Assembly: GCF_021057185.1 (NCBI RefSeq)
Contig: NZ_CP054059.1
Coordinates: 630,001-662,000 of the forward strand
DNA: 32,000 nt
Reading direction: 5' to 3'
Origin: Candidatus Absconditicoccus praedator
Lineage (GTDB): Bacteria > Patescibacteriota > Gracilibacteria > Absconditabacterales > Absconditicoccaceae
Part shown: positions 1 through 13,072 of the stretch, one piece after another
How the letters are laid out: every line of letters starts with the position of its first letter
Position numbering within the stretch: the first letter of the stretch is position 1
Position numbers and translations under genes: made by a program
The notes under the pieces: model-generated
Told to the model about the DNA's origin: nothing
Databases searched by the model: none
Seen by the model: only the letters and a program-made list of their open reading frames with translations

Positions 1-2358
1 GAAGCTGAAGTTGGTGAAAACGATGATTTGATAGAAGAAATAGTATCAAATTTTTCATCTTCTGAATACAATGAGCAAGAGCTTTCTATAAGAATACTAG
101 AAGATTGAATAGAATTGTCTAATTGAAGACAAATAGACATCCAATATCTTGAAGAGCTCTTCGAGGGGAATCCAAGTAATAACCAAATAGTGGATAAATT
201 AAGTGATGACATTGGTCTTACAGAATCTTGAAAACAAAACCTTCTTGATCAATTAAATGAAGTAGATCAAACTTGGATGGATTCAAGAGATAAAATAAGG
301 GAATGAATAGTTGAAGATATAGAAGAAATGGTAGAAAAATATAATAACGAATCAACTTCCGAAGAAGAAAAACAGCAAATTGCACAAATTTTTGGAGTAG
401 AGTATCCAGATCCTATAAGTTGAGATATGATAGATATAGAAGAAAGGATGGAAGAGGCTGAGAAAAACTTCAAGAATTATATGAAAATGTCTGTTGTTTC
501 ATGATTTATAATAAGAAGATATATGCATGATAATAGCTCTAACAGTTTTTGGAGTAAATGACAATATGAATGAGATAGAAGGTTGGTAGATATTTATTGA
601 GATATTATGTGAGAGTGAAGGTTTAATATGTCTCAAAACCAAATAGATATAGCTTCTACTATAGCCAAAGAAGCAGGAATATTTTTAGTTACTTTACCAA
701 TATGAGGTTTGGCTATACATTGAGCAAGATGGGCTGTTACTTGAGCAAGAGCTTATAGGGCTGCATGATGAATTCAAAGATGATGACAATATATTTGAAG
801 GTGAGATAGACTTAGGAGAGCTTGGTGAGCAAGATGAGCGTCTGAGTTTATGCCTACAGGTAGGTTGTGAAGGTTTTGAATGTGATCACTTGAGTCTGTA
901 GCATGATGATCTGCTTTTATGGCATCTTATGATCAAATCAAGAACTTAATAGATGAAAATCATGAATTTGCTGGAGTCCCAGAATATATGAAGTCGGTTG
1001 TATTCTTTGGAGTTTTTAGAGCTTCTCAGGCTATTAGAAATATGCAAACATTATGAGGTAGATCAAATCCTTTCTACATATGAGAAAACACTTCAAGAGC
1101 TGCTGCCTGAGCGAAATTAGCATGATGAATTACAATAGAGGCTGGAGCTATATGACTTACCGCAGCTGGTATAGATGCTATTGCTTATGATGAAGACCTT
1201 GAGTTAAGTAAAGAAGAATTTTTGCTTTCACTAGCTTTGGTTTCTGTGTTTAGGTGAATAGATAGGACGTGAAGGTCTGAAGTAGTTAGAGTGTTTAGGT
1301 GACCAGATTGAAATTTGAGAGTTTGAAATGCTCAAAGGTGAGGTCAGGATCAAAGAGCTCCACAGCAATGACAGAGATGAAATCAGGAGTCTCCTCAATG
1401 AGCAAGACGTCCTAGAGAAAGTATAAATACTAATGAAAATAGGGTTCTATTGAATAATCTTGAAAGATGAAGAAATTATGATTTATGAGATTGAAGGGCT
1501 CTTAGAGTTACAGATGAAGGAAGGTATGTTCTTACTAAGCCTCATCACAGATCGGATGGAACAACCACTACAAGAGAGTTTGAGTATAATTCTGCTAGAG
1601 AGTTATTGAGTAATGCAAGGATAGATAGAGGTGCATTTTCTAATCTTGGAAGGGAAGTAATGAATAGAAATCGTGAAAGATTTTTGGGTAATTTGGAATG
1701 AAGAGATATTAGTATAGCTTGAAGTAGGTATAGAATAACAAGAGAATGAGATAATGTATATTTTAGAAATTCAAGTAATGGTGAAAGAATTTCTGCCGAA
1801 AGATTTATGCAACAGCACTGAGATGATTTGGTTAATAATTATATAAGAAACTTAGATACTAATGTCTCTGGAAGAATGTCTGATTCTCTTTCTTGAAGAA
1901 AATTATCAGAAGTTAACCCACAATTGTCAAATAATCTTGTTTCAAAATTTGGTCAAAAGGCTCGTGATTGGACAGTATGAAGGGGTATTAATGAAATTAG
2001 GCAAGTAATGAATACTGAATGATTTAGAGCCAAGTTAACTAGTTGAGCAAAATTTGCACTTACATGAAGAGCAAACCCAGCTTGAAAAGATTGGTGATGG
2101 ACTTGAGGTATATATGGATGATTGTTGTTTGCTCCATATTTTGCTGAATCAGTTGATGATAATTTGTGGGAATGAGATTATTTACAACGAATTACTTGAG
2201 ATCCTGAAGACTTATCTTTTGCTAGAACTGCTGTTGATACACTTGCTTTAAGGCATCTTAATGCTTTATGAGCTTTACTTGTTGTTTGAGCTAGTGAGCC
2301 TATTAGACAAATATGAGATGACGAACCTTCAGCAGAATGAGAATATACATTAGAATAA
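1..2358 (+). CDS. Large hypothetical protein, 5'-partial (at least 785 aa), with Gly/Arg-rich low-complexity core
   Basis: Frame 1 has no TAA/TAG from base 1 to TAA 2356-2358 but dozens of in-frame TGA, so it is open only if TGA is sense. No family recognised. Confidence 0.75.
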
Positions 2359-2382
2359 GAAATTTAAAATTAACAACAAAAA

Positions 2383-5196
2383 ATGCCTTTGGAAACTATG
2401 TGAGAAAGGCTTCTAGAACAGTCTTCATCTCCTGAAACTCAAGAAGAGCAAGAAAGAAGTGAGATAATAGAAAACATTAGAAGAGAACTAGATTCAATCA
2501 AGCAAAGTATTGAATCTTCTCAAGAACAGGATTTTTCTGTTAGAGAAGATATATTGAATTTCCTTGATAGATTCAATCAAAGTTTTTGAGATTCTGTACA
2601 GCAGATAGAACAAATCAAACATAATATAGAGTCCAAAGAATCCTTACAAATTGAAGATATACATCAAATAAATGAATTTTTAAGTTCTCTTACTCAAGAA
2701 CAAATAGACGGCTTGGAAGATGATAGGCTTGCAGAAGCATACAATACCTTACAGGATACATCTAGAGAGCTTTCAAATCTTGCAGAGGATGTTTCTTCTA
2801 GTTTGGATGAGTCAAGACAACAAGTTCAAGAAACAGCTAAAGGTAGTTGAGGTATATTTGGTTTTGTTTGATGATGGGTTGCCAATAAATATACAGAAAG
2901 GATAAATGATTGAAAATCAGTAAATAGCTGAATATGGTGAGTTTGATTGTCTGTTGTATGATGGTTTAATTCTGACTTAAAAGATTCAATACTTTGATAT
3001 AAAGATACAAAAAAAACTTATAGACAGGCTCAGGGGGAATTGCCTGATTGAGATGAAGCTGCTGAAGTTACTCAAGAAAAAATAGATGAATTTAAAGAAA
3101 ATTTTAAATCTTCTGTAAAGGAAAAGTTGGAAGAAGAGTTTTGAGTGGATGTAGATGATGAAAAATTTGAGAGAGCATTTTCAAGATGGCAAGAAAATCA
3201 TAACTTTTCAGAGCATATATCAGATAAGTATGATGAACTTCATGAAGCAATGTACTGAGAGTGAAGTTTTAATACGATGTGAGAGCTTTTTGATACTGTG
3301 CTTTATTGACCAAGAGCTTCAATTTGACTTATTTTGGAACTTAGAAAAGAGTGACTTATATCTCTTAGACAAATTTGATTTACTACAGTAGAAAAGTCTT
3401 GACGCTTGGTAGTTCAATTTTGAAAAAATTCTGCATGATTGGTGTCAAATTGAATAGAAACTATCTTTGGTGAGATGGAGATGGATGATTTTATTGATTA
3501 TGTGAAGCAGACTTACTGAAGCTTTGAAGAAATGGATGGTGCAAGCAGAGAAGCAATTCTTGGAATGCTTTATAGGCATTGATGAGTGGTGCATACATTG
3601 TTTCGTGGTATTTGAAATGCTTTTGGTCACTTGATTACCGCTCCTATACAGGTATGAGATGATATAAGTAAGCTTAGAAATGTTAGTTGACATTTTATGG
3701 ATAGTTTAAGCTCCCAAATGGAGGCATGGGATAGGATATCTACTGCTTTTTGAGATTCAGGTAGTGCACTTTGAGCTGATTGAGAACTTAGGTCTTATTT
3801 CCAAAGAATAAATACAAATGTATCTTTGTATCATGCTATTAGTACTGCTTCTGACTATGATGATTTTATAAGAAGAGCAAGTTCTCTTGGTATAGATAAT
3901 GTAGATGAAGCTTTGAGACAAATATGAACTGATGAACTTCCTTCAAGAAGTAATTTTTCTGAATACAAAAGATCTGTATGAAATCGTTTGTGATGATGGT
4001 TTAATGATTTTTGAAATAGAGTACAATCTACTTATTGAGGTTCTCTTTGAAATATACAAGCTTATGTACCAGGTAGTGTAAACAATGAAGCAAGAAGGCT
4101 ATGACAATTCTTGAATAGGTATTGAAACCTTTCTCAAAAAATTATAGACAATGACAGTGTTGTTTCTCGTCTTAGAAAGTGGTTATATCATACTGAAAGA
4201 TCTTTTCAGTCTGCAGAAATGGCTGATATAAATAATTCTGCTCGTTTTTATCTTAATTCTATGGATGATATTCAAGATTTTACAAGAGATCTTAGACATA
4301 TAGCTCGTACCGTTCCAGAAATGCTTGGACATTTTGCCTGAAATATTCCCTTAATAATGCTTGGTTCTGAATTAAAAAATAAACTACAAGATCCGGAAAG
4401 TAGAGAATTTTGAGAGATAATGAGAACTATTGGTTATGTTTTCCCTTTTATTTGACCAGCATTGTTAGTATGAGAGTGATTTAGTATAAAAGATTGAGAA
4501 ATAAATAGTTGGTGAATGGCTTGAGCTTGAGTTTTTATAGCAGGTGTAGATATGTATTTTGTAGTGAAAGATATTCCAAATCACTGACTTTTAAGATCTG
4601 TTGGTAGACATTTTGCTACTCCAGTGACACAAGCTTCAAGGTTTTTTGCTTCTTTGCCTCGTGCCTCATATGATATGTATCATTTTAGTAGGAAAACCTG
4701 AAGAATGGTGGCAAGTAGAGGGGTTGGAAGTCTTCTTAGAGAAGCTGTAGAAACTTCTTCAGGTCGTAGTTTTTTGAGAAGGTGAGCCCTGGCTTGAGCT
4801 TTGATAGCTGGTTGATACTATCTTGTTAATGAATATTTTGATAATGATGAACTTCCTAGAGAAGTTAGAGATAAAATGGATGATCCAGAAAAAATGGATG
4901 AAGTAATAGATGAGCTACGAACTAATTTTTCAAAAGAAGAAAAAAAGGAGGCTATAAAATATGCTATAGTAATTAGACTTTGAGTAGATCCATCTGAAAT
5001 CAATAATTCAAGTTTTGAAGTAGATTTGGAGGAAGATGATTGACAGATAAGTTTAAGATATAAGCTACCATATAGTTGGTTTGGATATGAAGATGAGGAT
5101 GAAGCTGATGATATAGATGAATCAATACTTTCTTCTCAAGTTGTATCTGATAATGTTAGTGATATTGTTAATTATGTTTGAGAAAATGATAAATAA
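2383..5196 (+). CDS. Large hypothetical protein (937 aa), coiled-coil/acidic N-terminus, Gly-rich hydrophobic segments near C-terminus
   Basis: ATG 2383 to TAA 5194-5196, length divisible by 3, TAA/TAG-free with many in-frame TGA. It starts 25 nt after the previous stop. No family recognised. Confidence 0.75.
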
Positions 5197-5295
5197 TTTT
5201 TTGTCAATCTTGATTTGTATTTTTATTTTTATTTTCTTGCAAGTTTTGTTTGTTTTATTAAAATATAGTTATTAAATTTTAAATAAAAATATAAA

Positions 5296-5871
5296 ATGAG
5301 GTTTAATTATAATATAGAAATTCTTTGAAAAAGTTATGATTTGGATAATAATATACTAAATCTTTCTGATCAATTATTGTGAAATGATTGAATTTATGAG
5401 CTTTCAGAAAAAATTGTTTATAAAGCAATGATAGAAAGCCTTTTTCTTATACAAAACAACATATATGATGAATCTTTGAAGCAGCTTCTTAATTCTTTGA
5501 AAATAATAGACAGTATAAAAGAATTGGATCTTAGTTATAATTTTATTAATTGAGATTGTTTTGATTATTTCAAAGATTATCTTTTGAATACCAAAAGTTT
5601 GAACTATCTAAACCTTTCAAATAATAATATAAAAGAAGAAAATGTTTTAATTTTATGTGAATGAATAAAACATAATAAGTCACTTAAAGAGATAAATTTG
5701 TTCAATAATGATCTGAATACAAAAAGTATAAAAGCATTGAGGGATGCATTGATAGTGAATAAGTGAATTGAAAAGGTTAGTGTAAACTTTTATACTCTTT
5801 GATTGTATGCAGCCGAAGAATTCTTAAAAATTTATAATTATAGAAACGCTTTGAATATAATTTATAAGTAA
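5296..5871 (+). CDS. Leucine-rich repeat protein (ribonuclease-inhibitor-like LRR), 191 aa
   Basis: Table-25 ORF. Repeating pattern such as LDLSYNFINGDCFDYFKDYLLNTKSLNYLNLSNNNIKEENVLILCEGIKHNKSLKEINLFNNDL, typical of roughly 28-aa RI-type LRRs. Confidence 0.65.
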
Positions 5872-5880
5872 AATTGTGTT

Positions 5881-6636
5881 ATGCAACTTGAAAAAATAGA
5901 GGAAAAGGTTTTTAGAGAAAATTCCAATGAGTTACAATGATATGAAAAGACTCTTAAAAGGAGTTATCAAAAAGAAAAAAGTCCTATAAGAAGTTATACT
6001 CTTTCATTATCAACTCTAGTTTTATTACTAAAAAAATATCAATTTGAAACATCGGAAATTTCAAATATTTTTAAAGATATGATTGAAAACACTCAAAAAC
6101 TTGAAAAACAGTTATCAGACAATTATAGAAAAAATAAAAGTTTTAAAGACAAGATGATGCTGGATATTTTTTATAATAACACAATGTATAAGCTTTTTTA
6201 TATAGAAGGTTTGTATAGAGATATCAACTATATTTCCAATGCTGACAAATTACAAGTACTAAGAAAAAATCTTGAATTAAAATATCAATTATTTATGAAA
6301 AATTACAAAAATTTTATTTATCTATTTTTGTTTAAAATAACATCAAATTATGGTACAAGTTTTTGGTATCTTTGATTATTAGTTTTTATTATTACTTCTT
6401 TATTTTGAGTTTTATATTATACATTTCTCAATTTGTGATTAATATGAAATTTTCCTGAAGAAAAAACAAGTTTTGATTTTTGGATGTATATATCTGTGGT
6501 TACTATGACTAATGTGTGATCAGATGTGTGAGTGGATATTGGTAACTCTTTTTTGAGAGTTTTGTTAGCTTTAGAACAGTGATTGTGAGCTATATTGTTT
6601 TGAGTATTTGCAATGCTTTTAGTGAAGAAGTTATAA
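5881..6636 (+). CDS. Ion-channel-like membrane protein (two TM helices flanking a pore-loop-like segment), 251 aa
   Basis: Starts 9 nt after the LRR gene. The C-terminal 100 aa read TM - FDFWMYISVVTMTNVGSDVG - TM, resembling the K+-channel pore T-x-T-T-V-G-Y-G-D but with a non-canonical filter (TNVGSD). The N-terminal 150 aa are soluble. Confidence 0.5.
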
Positions 6637-6694
6637 TTGAATTTTATTGTATTATTATTATAATTAATAATATTTTTAAAAAATTATCATAGAA

Positions 6695-7774
6695 ATGAAC
6701 GAAAGGAAAGAAGGTTTGTTGGAAGAAGTTTTGTCTCAAGAAGGTTTATTGAGAAATTTTGAAAAAACAATCAGAGAAGAGCTTAAAAATAAATTAACAG
6801 CTGGGTTTCTAAATTTAGATGAAAATGAAAAAAGATTTCTTATATGATCAGGTTTTATTCAGTCAAAAGAAGAATTAAAAAAAAGGCTTTTTAAGGTTGC
6901 AATCTCTTTTGGAGTAAATAAAATAGAATTGTATAGAATGTATCCTGATACTGGAAAATTTGAGGTTTTGTTTTCTTATTCTACAGATTCAGAAGATATG
7001 TTAAGTAAAGTGGGAGATGTTTTTGATGCAAAAGAAAATATAAATTTTGAGAATGTTTTGAATTGAGAGCATATGTCTCAAGTTGGTGTGGATTGAGTTG
7101 GTATTGATATAGCATTTAGATTTTCTAATAATAACGTTGTTATATGACTTGATAATGTAAATTGTGCAAGAGAGTTTACAGAGATAGAAAAGATGCTAAT
7201 ACAGCCATTTGCTTCAGAATTGGCTCTAGCATATGATGCAGGTAATCTTTTGTTTAAAAATTCATCTGATAGTCTTACAAAAGTTTTGAATAGGTGAGCT
7301 TTTGATAAAAGAATAGAAAATTGAGTTTGAATATTTTGACAACCTATGCCAGATCCTTTATGAATTGTGTTTTTTGATATAGATCATTTTAAGCAGGTAA
7401 ATGATGTGCGATGACATGAAGCAGGTGATAAAATACTTATATGAGTAAGTAGGGTTCTTCATGATTATTTATCTAAGGTAGATTGAGAGCTTTATAGGTA
7501 CTGATGAGAAGAGTTTGTTGCAGTAATACCACAAGACTCTTGATTTGAAACTGCACAACAGATAAAATCTTATCTTGAAGAGATAAGGCAGTATGTTTGT
7601 TCTTTGAGATGAGATTTTTATGGTATAGGTGAAGAGTTTGATTGAGTTAGTTTTTCATCATGAGTTTCTTTGATAAAAGATCAATCAACAGAAGCAAGGA
7701 TACAAGCAGTAAGAGATGCGGATTATCTAGTTTATGATGCAAAAAATTCTTGAAGAAATTGTATTAAAATATAA
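6695..7774 (+). CDS. GGDEF-domain diguanylate cyclase with N-terminal sensor (GAF-like?) region, 359 aa
   Basis: Motifs DSLTKVLNRGAF, FFDIDHFKQVNDVRGHEAGD, RYGGEEF (TAC TGA TGA GAA GAG TTT at 7499-7516) and DAKNSGRNC. Several invariant Gly are encoded by TGA. Confidence 0.9.
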
Positions 7775-7808
7775 TTTGCCAAAGTTTAATAATTTTTTAA
7801 AGATTTAT

Positions 7809-8396
7809 TTAGAAAATTAGTAGATATACTATCAAAGGAAGTAGAAGTATTCATACAAAGATTTTAATTTTACCTTGTGCTGAGTTTGTAAGATTTTTAA
7901 GTTTTTCTCAATAAAATAAATCAAGTGCAAATATTGTAATTACAAATAAAAATAGTCATAAAAAGATGCCTATAGTAAAAGAATATATTTGATGTAAATC
8001 TGTGTGCTGACTATAAAAACTTGTATATAATACAAAATCATCAATTCAATTTACTATATACATTTTCATTGCTAAAATAGCAACAGTTATATTGTGTGAG
8101 TTAAGTAATTTTGAAGGTGGTTCATCTTTTTGGTCTTTTATTCATTCCCTAATGAGTCGGATGCAAATCCAGGTTAGAATTAATGCTATAATTTCTTGTG
8201 TAGGAAGTTCCCAGCCAGATATTATTTGTCATAAGAATGCTGCAGGAATTGTAATTATTATTAATCATATAAGAGTTCCTACTACAGTTGCTGAAAATTT
8301 CCGTGGGTACATAAGCCATAAGGCAACCAATACAAGAAAATCGTCAAGTCATGTTACTATAAAAGCTATTATTCAAAATAAAAGTGCTTCTAGCAT
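7809..8396 (-). CDS. Multi-pass membrane protein, CadD-like (cadmium-resistance transporter family) candidate, 195 aa
   Basis: Minus-strand table-25 ORF of about 6 hydrophobic segments. It has duplicated acidic motifs TGLDDFLVL and NGIDDFVLY, reminiscent of the CadD family. The track ORF 8092..8415 (+) is its antisense. Confidence 0.45.
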
Positions 8397-8732
8397 TTTA
8401 TTATTTAGAAACTAAATTATATATTTTGATAAATTAATAATTTTTCATAAAATTGACTTATATAATAATTATTAATTTATTAAAAACAAGTCTCTTGATC
8501 ATATTTTTTGCATTTAGGTATTTTTTGATTAAATTATAAAGCAATTTTTAATTATGAAGCTTCAAGAATATACAAAATATGACTGATGAAATGGTGTTCC
8601 TTGACCAAACACAATAGAGCATCTTATTGAGTTTATGAAATTAGATTATTAAATTAAAAAAACTTGATTTTAAAAAGTATTTGTTTAAATTCAATATAGT
8701 TAGTATTGGATTTATTTTTAAATTTATAAATT

Positions 8733-9953
8733 ATGTTTAAAAAAACAGTTTTATCCCTTTTTTGAATAAGTTTAATGTTTCTTGTTTGATGTCAAATTCC
8801 TTTTTTAGATGATGATACAGAAAAGGAGATTGACTTAGAAAGTGCTACATTTCAGCCTATATACGAATCAAAACTAGAAAAAGCATTTGAAAATTATTCT
8901 ATGATAGAGTCTATTTATGATGATTGATATGTCTGAGAAGAGCTAAATATAGAATTTGATTGATACGTATGAGATTATTTTGAATGAAATTTTGACTTGG
9001 ATTTGGATGTGCAAACTTCTACAAATGATTCTATTGTGGATGTTAATTCACTGGTAAATCTAGCTTTATTGTGAGATGTTATGATGAAAGAAATTTGACA
9101 GCAGATGGAATTTTGAGTAGATGTTTTGTGAAAGTTAAAAGTTTTGGAATGACATATCTTTTGAAATCTAGAAAGCTTTGACATTATTTCTGATGATCCC
9201 CAAGTTTGATTTGCTGCAGCATTTTTGTCGAATTTTGAAAATCAACGAATCAAACTTTATGATTTGGCAGAATTAAGTGAAATTGATGATTTTGATATAA
9301 ATATGAATTTTAGTGAGTGACTTCAAATTTTGTATGATATCAAAAATGTTCTAAAAAATTATCCTGTATTGGATTCTGATTCAAGGGCTGTATATGATGA
9401 CTATATTTCATTTGATTTGGAAATAGATGAAGATAATTTAAAAATACTCTTAAAAGAACTTTTAGAGGATGAAGAAATATTAGATGATATTGTGCCATAT
9501 ATTGATAAGGTTGATATGGAAGCAAATATGAATTATTATGAAAATTGAGATGTTTCTATAAATATAGATAAAATTTCTTTTGATGAGTTTTTGCAGGTAA
9601 CATGAAAACTTTGAGAAAAAGAATGAAATTTAAGTTTTGATATTGATAATATTGGAGAAAGTTTTTCATTGGAATTGGATTATACTAAAGAAGATGGACT
9701 ATGTGTTGTAAACTGAAAAATTATTCAAGATGAGGATTTGGCAAGATTTGAAGTTGTTTGAGATATTAGTATTGATGACTCCAAAGTGAAGACAGATTTT
9801 GATGTTTCTGTAAATTCTATATCAGAAAATGTAGAACAGTTTGAATTTAATTTAAGTATACAAGATGAGGTTTATCCAATAGATGATATAGAAATACAAA
9901 AACCTTCTGACTTTCTTGATATTGAGCAAATGTGACAATGATTGTGATTTTAG
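8733..9953 (+). CDS. Acidic lipoprotein, 406 aa, function unknown
   Basis: N-terminus MFKKTVLSLFGISLMFLVGC has a lipobox L-V-G-C whose Gly is a TGA. The rest is D/E-rich. Ends at TAG 9951-9953. Confidence 0.7.
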
Positions 9954-9977
9954 AAATTAAACTAAATTTAATTTAAA

Positions 9978-11390
9978 ATGGGATTTAAACGCAAAAAACT
10001 ATGAAAGTTTTGAAATTTTTCTGACTTGTTTAGTTGGCTTAGAGAAAGTTTTATAAATATGGCTTTTTCTTTAAAGCTTTTTTTGGTAATTTTAAGTTTT
10101 GGTATATTATTTCATCTTTCCAGTTATGCTATAGATTTCTGAAGAGGTTTAGTAAATAGTGCTGTTGTGACTTTTGTACAAACTATGAGCAGCACTGTAG
10201 GCGAAGAAATGAGTACAGATAAGTTTGGCCAAGTAAATGCTTTACTTTTATGAGCAGATGAATGAAACCTAGCAGATAGTATTATAGTAGCTTCTTTTGT
10301 CCCAGATGAGTGATTGGTTAGTATGTTATCTATACCAAGAGATTTGTATGTAGAAAACTCTTCTTTGAATTATCAATGAAGAATTAATTGAATAATACCT
10401 ACTACATATAATCGTACTGATAGTCTTGAGGAATGAATATGGAATTTGTCTGATACCATAAATGATATTACTTGAGTAGAAATTGACTATTATGCCATGA
10501 TAGATTTTGACTGATTTGTTAATTTTATTGATAAAATTTGATGAATACAGGTTGATGTGCCTTATTCTATTGTTGATAACCAGTTTCCAACTCCCGATGG
10601 CTGATATCAAACTTTCAAGGTGGATGAGTGATTGCAACAATTTGATGGTGAGAAGGCACTTAAGTATGCAAGAAGTAGACAAACTACATCAGATTTTTCA
10701 AGAGCAGAAAGGCAGCAACTAATAATTTCTGGTATAATAGATGAATTAAAAAGTATGAATGTGTTTACAGACTTTGGGCAGTTACAGGATTTGTATGCTG
10801 AAGTAAATCAAATGGTAGATACAAATATAAGTTATAGGCAAATATTTGGTATGATAAATTATGTTGATGATATAAATTGAATACATACTCAAGTGTTGAC
10901 TGCAGATTGTGAGAGATCTCATTATACTGTAATGGAGCCATGATGTTTCCTTTATTATCCAAGAAGAGATAATTTTGGTTGACATTCAGTACTTTTGCAA
11001 CAATGAGCAAATGCAGGAAATTTTAGTAATTACAAAGAGATACAAAATTACGCATTTTTTGTGTTGCATAATCAATGATTTCTTCAGGAGAATTCTAGTA
11101 TAGAAATATTAAACTGAATAAGTAGACAGGCTATGTTGGAAGAGTTTCAAAGAGTAACCCCAGTGGCTAGTAATTTTGCTAAACAGCTTGTTAAATATTG
11201 ATTCAATATTAAAGAGGTGGACAATTATGAAGATGATGAAATAGAAGAAAATATTATATACACAAATAGTAAAGAAGATAATAAGGTTACTTTAAATCTT
11301 TTAAGAATGTTTATGGAGGTAGGAGAAATTATAGAAGATCCTTCCTTGGAAAGTGATATTCAAATAGTTTTGTCAGATAATTTCTTGTAA
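9978..11390 (+). CDS. LytR-CpsA-Psr (LCP) family cell-envelope polymer transferase, 470 aa
   Basis: N-terminal TM, then ADSIIVASF..SMLSIPRDLYV, YYAMIDFDGFVNFIDKIGGIQVDVP, FDGEKALKYARSRQTTSDFSRAERQQ: the characteristic LCP core. Confidence 0.85.
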
Positions 11391-11548
11391 TGAGTGTTAT
11401 GGTTAAAAAAACTGCAATTATGTCCTCAATGCTTCCTTTTGTGGTGGTTTTTGCTTTTATAGTAAATGATTTGTTGTTAAAATTGATTATAGTTGAATTG
11501 ATATTTTTTTTAATTATAATCAGTTATATTATTTATAAGTTAAAATAA
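11390..11548 (+). CDS. Small membrane protein (52 aa)
   Basis: Its ATG overlaps the LCP stop (TAATG). Two hydrophobic stretches. It ends 4 nt before the SPFH gene. Function unknown. Confidence 0.4.
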   Translation: MSVMVKKTAIMSSMLPFVVVFAFIVNDLLLKLIIVELIFFLIIISYIIYKLK

Positions 11549-11552
11549 TTTT

Positions 11553-12413
11553 ATGGAAGCTGCTTTATGGTTTTTTGGTTTGTTGTTGATAGCTCTTGCT
11601 GCTACCATAGTTTTTCATACTCTTATAAAAGTTTCACCTTATGAAAGATGAGTAAAAGAGAGACTTTCCAAATATGTGGGAACTTTGGAGGCTTGATGGC
11701 ATATAATAGTGCCATTTATAGAATCGGTTAAAAAAGTTGATATGAGAGAAAGGGTGGTTAATACACCTGCTCACAATATGATAACTTATGATAATGCTGC
11801 TGTTACAGTTGATGCAGTAATATTTACTCAAATATACGATGCTAAAAAATCTGTATATGAAATACAGGATCCATTATTGGCTGTATCCAATCTTTGAGTA
11901 ACAACACTAAGGTGAATAATATGAACTATGAGTTTGGATGATATTTTATGAGATAGGACTAAGATAAATACTTATGTACAAACACAGCTTGCTCAAGAAA
12001 CAGCAAAATGGTGAATAAGAATAAACAAGGTAGAAATTCAAAAAATAGATCCTCCGCAAGATCTTGTGGATGCTATGAGTAAACAAAAAATTGCTCAACA
12101 AGAAAAGAGAGCATCAATTCTTAAGGCTGAATGACAAAGAGAAGCATATATTATAGAAGCTCAATGATACAAAGAAAAGCAAATTTTGGAAGCTCAATGA
12201 GAAGCAGAAGCTATAGAAAGACTTGCACAAGCAAGAGCAAAAGAGATAGAATATGAATCTACAGCTGCTATAAATTTCTTCCAGTGAAATGCTATCACAA
12301 AAGAACAATTGAAGGTCGCAAAAGATGCCTTGAAAGAAAATACAAAATTTGTAGTTTGATCAGAAATTACAGATACTGTTAGATGAATTTTTGAAAAGAT
12401 AATAAAAAATTAA
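11553..12413 (+). CDS. SPFH/Band-7 (stomatin/prohibitin-like) membrane protein, 286 aa
   Basis: N-terminal TM, then VSPYERGVKERLSKY, LEAGWHIIVPFIESV, VDAVIF, LRGIIGTMSLDDILGDR, WGIRINKVEIQKIDPP and an Ala/Glu/Gln-rich coiled coil, typical of SPFH. Confidence 0.9.
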
Positions 12414-12438
12414 TTTATTAGATTTTAATATTTTATAG

Positions 12439-12957
12439 ATGAATAAAGAAAGAATATTTGAAGTTGCAGAAGAACATTTTTTTGCAAAAAGGTATACCGA
12501 TGTAAAACTTGATAATATTGCCCAATCCTTATGAATAAGGAAGCCGAGTTTGTATTATTATTTTTTTGATAAAAAAGATTTATTTATACAAACTCTTAGG
12601 TATTCTATGAATAAATATCTTGATGAACTAAAAAAAGTATCAAAAAAAGATGATTTGTATGAGTTTATAAAATGGTATCTAGTATATCCTTCAGAAAATA
12701 AAAACTTATTTGCAGTTGCATTTCAAAAATGATATTGTATTGACGAGGATGTTAACTCTACAATTTTTTCTTGAAAAATGATAGTGGAAAAAACTATCAA
12801 TCAATTCCTATCTGATTTTGGATGAGCACCGGTTAAAAAATATCTTATAATTAATATGTTGGAAAAGCTTGCTCAAGATAATTGTGTTGATTGATATTGT
12901 TTGATGTATGATATAGATTCTATTTACTCTCAGATAAAAAAATTTTTAGAAGTCTAA
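12439..12957 (+). CDS. TetR/AcrR family transcriptional regulator, 172 aa
   Basis: N-terminal HTH: IFEVAEEHFFAKRYTDVKLDNIAQSLGIRKPSLYYYFFDKKDLF. Confidence 0.8.
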
Positions 12958-13072
12958 TTTTTTATTTTAAAGAATTTGCTATAACTACAAAATTAATTTT
13001 ATATACTATATTATTTGATATTTTAAAAAAAATTCTTAAAATTGATTAAGATTTAAACATAAAAAAAAATAA

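Noticed and set aside
8554-8652. 32-codon ORF (MKLQEYTKYDGGNGVPGPNTIEHLIEFMKLDY) in the intergenic region before the lipoprotein gene
   Set aside because: It is too short, has no recognisable motif and no clear ribosome-binding site or terminator. Left unannotated.
11390-11548. Calling the small membrane protein upstream of the SPFH gene an NfeD partner
   Set aside because: The gene position is suggestive. However, 52 aa is far shorter than NfeD proteins and no NfeD motif is visible. Kept as a generic small membrane protein.
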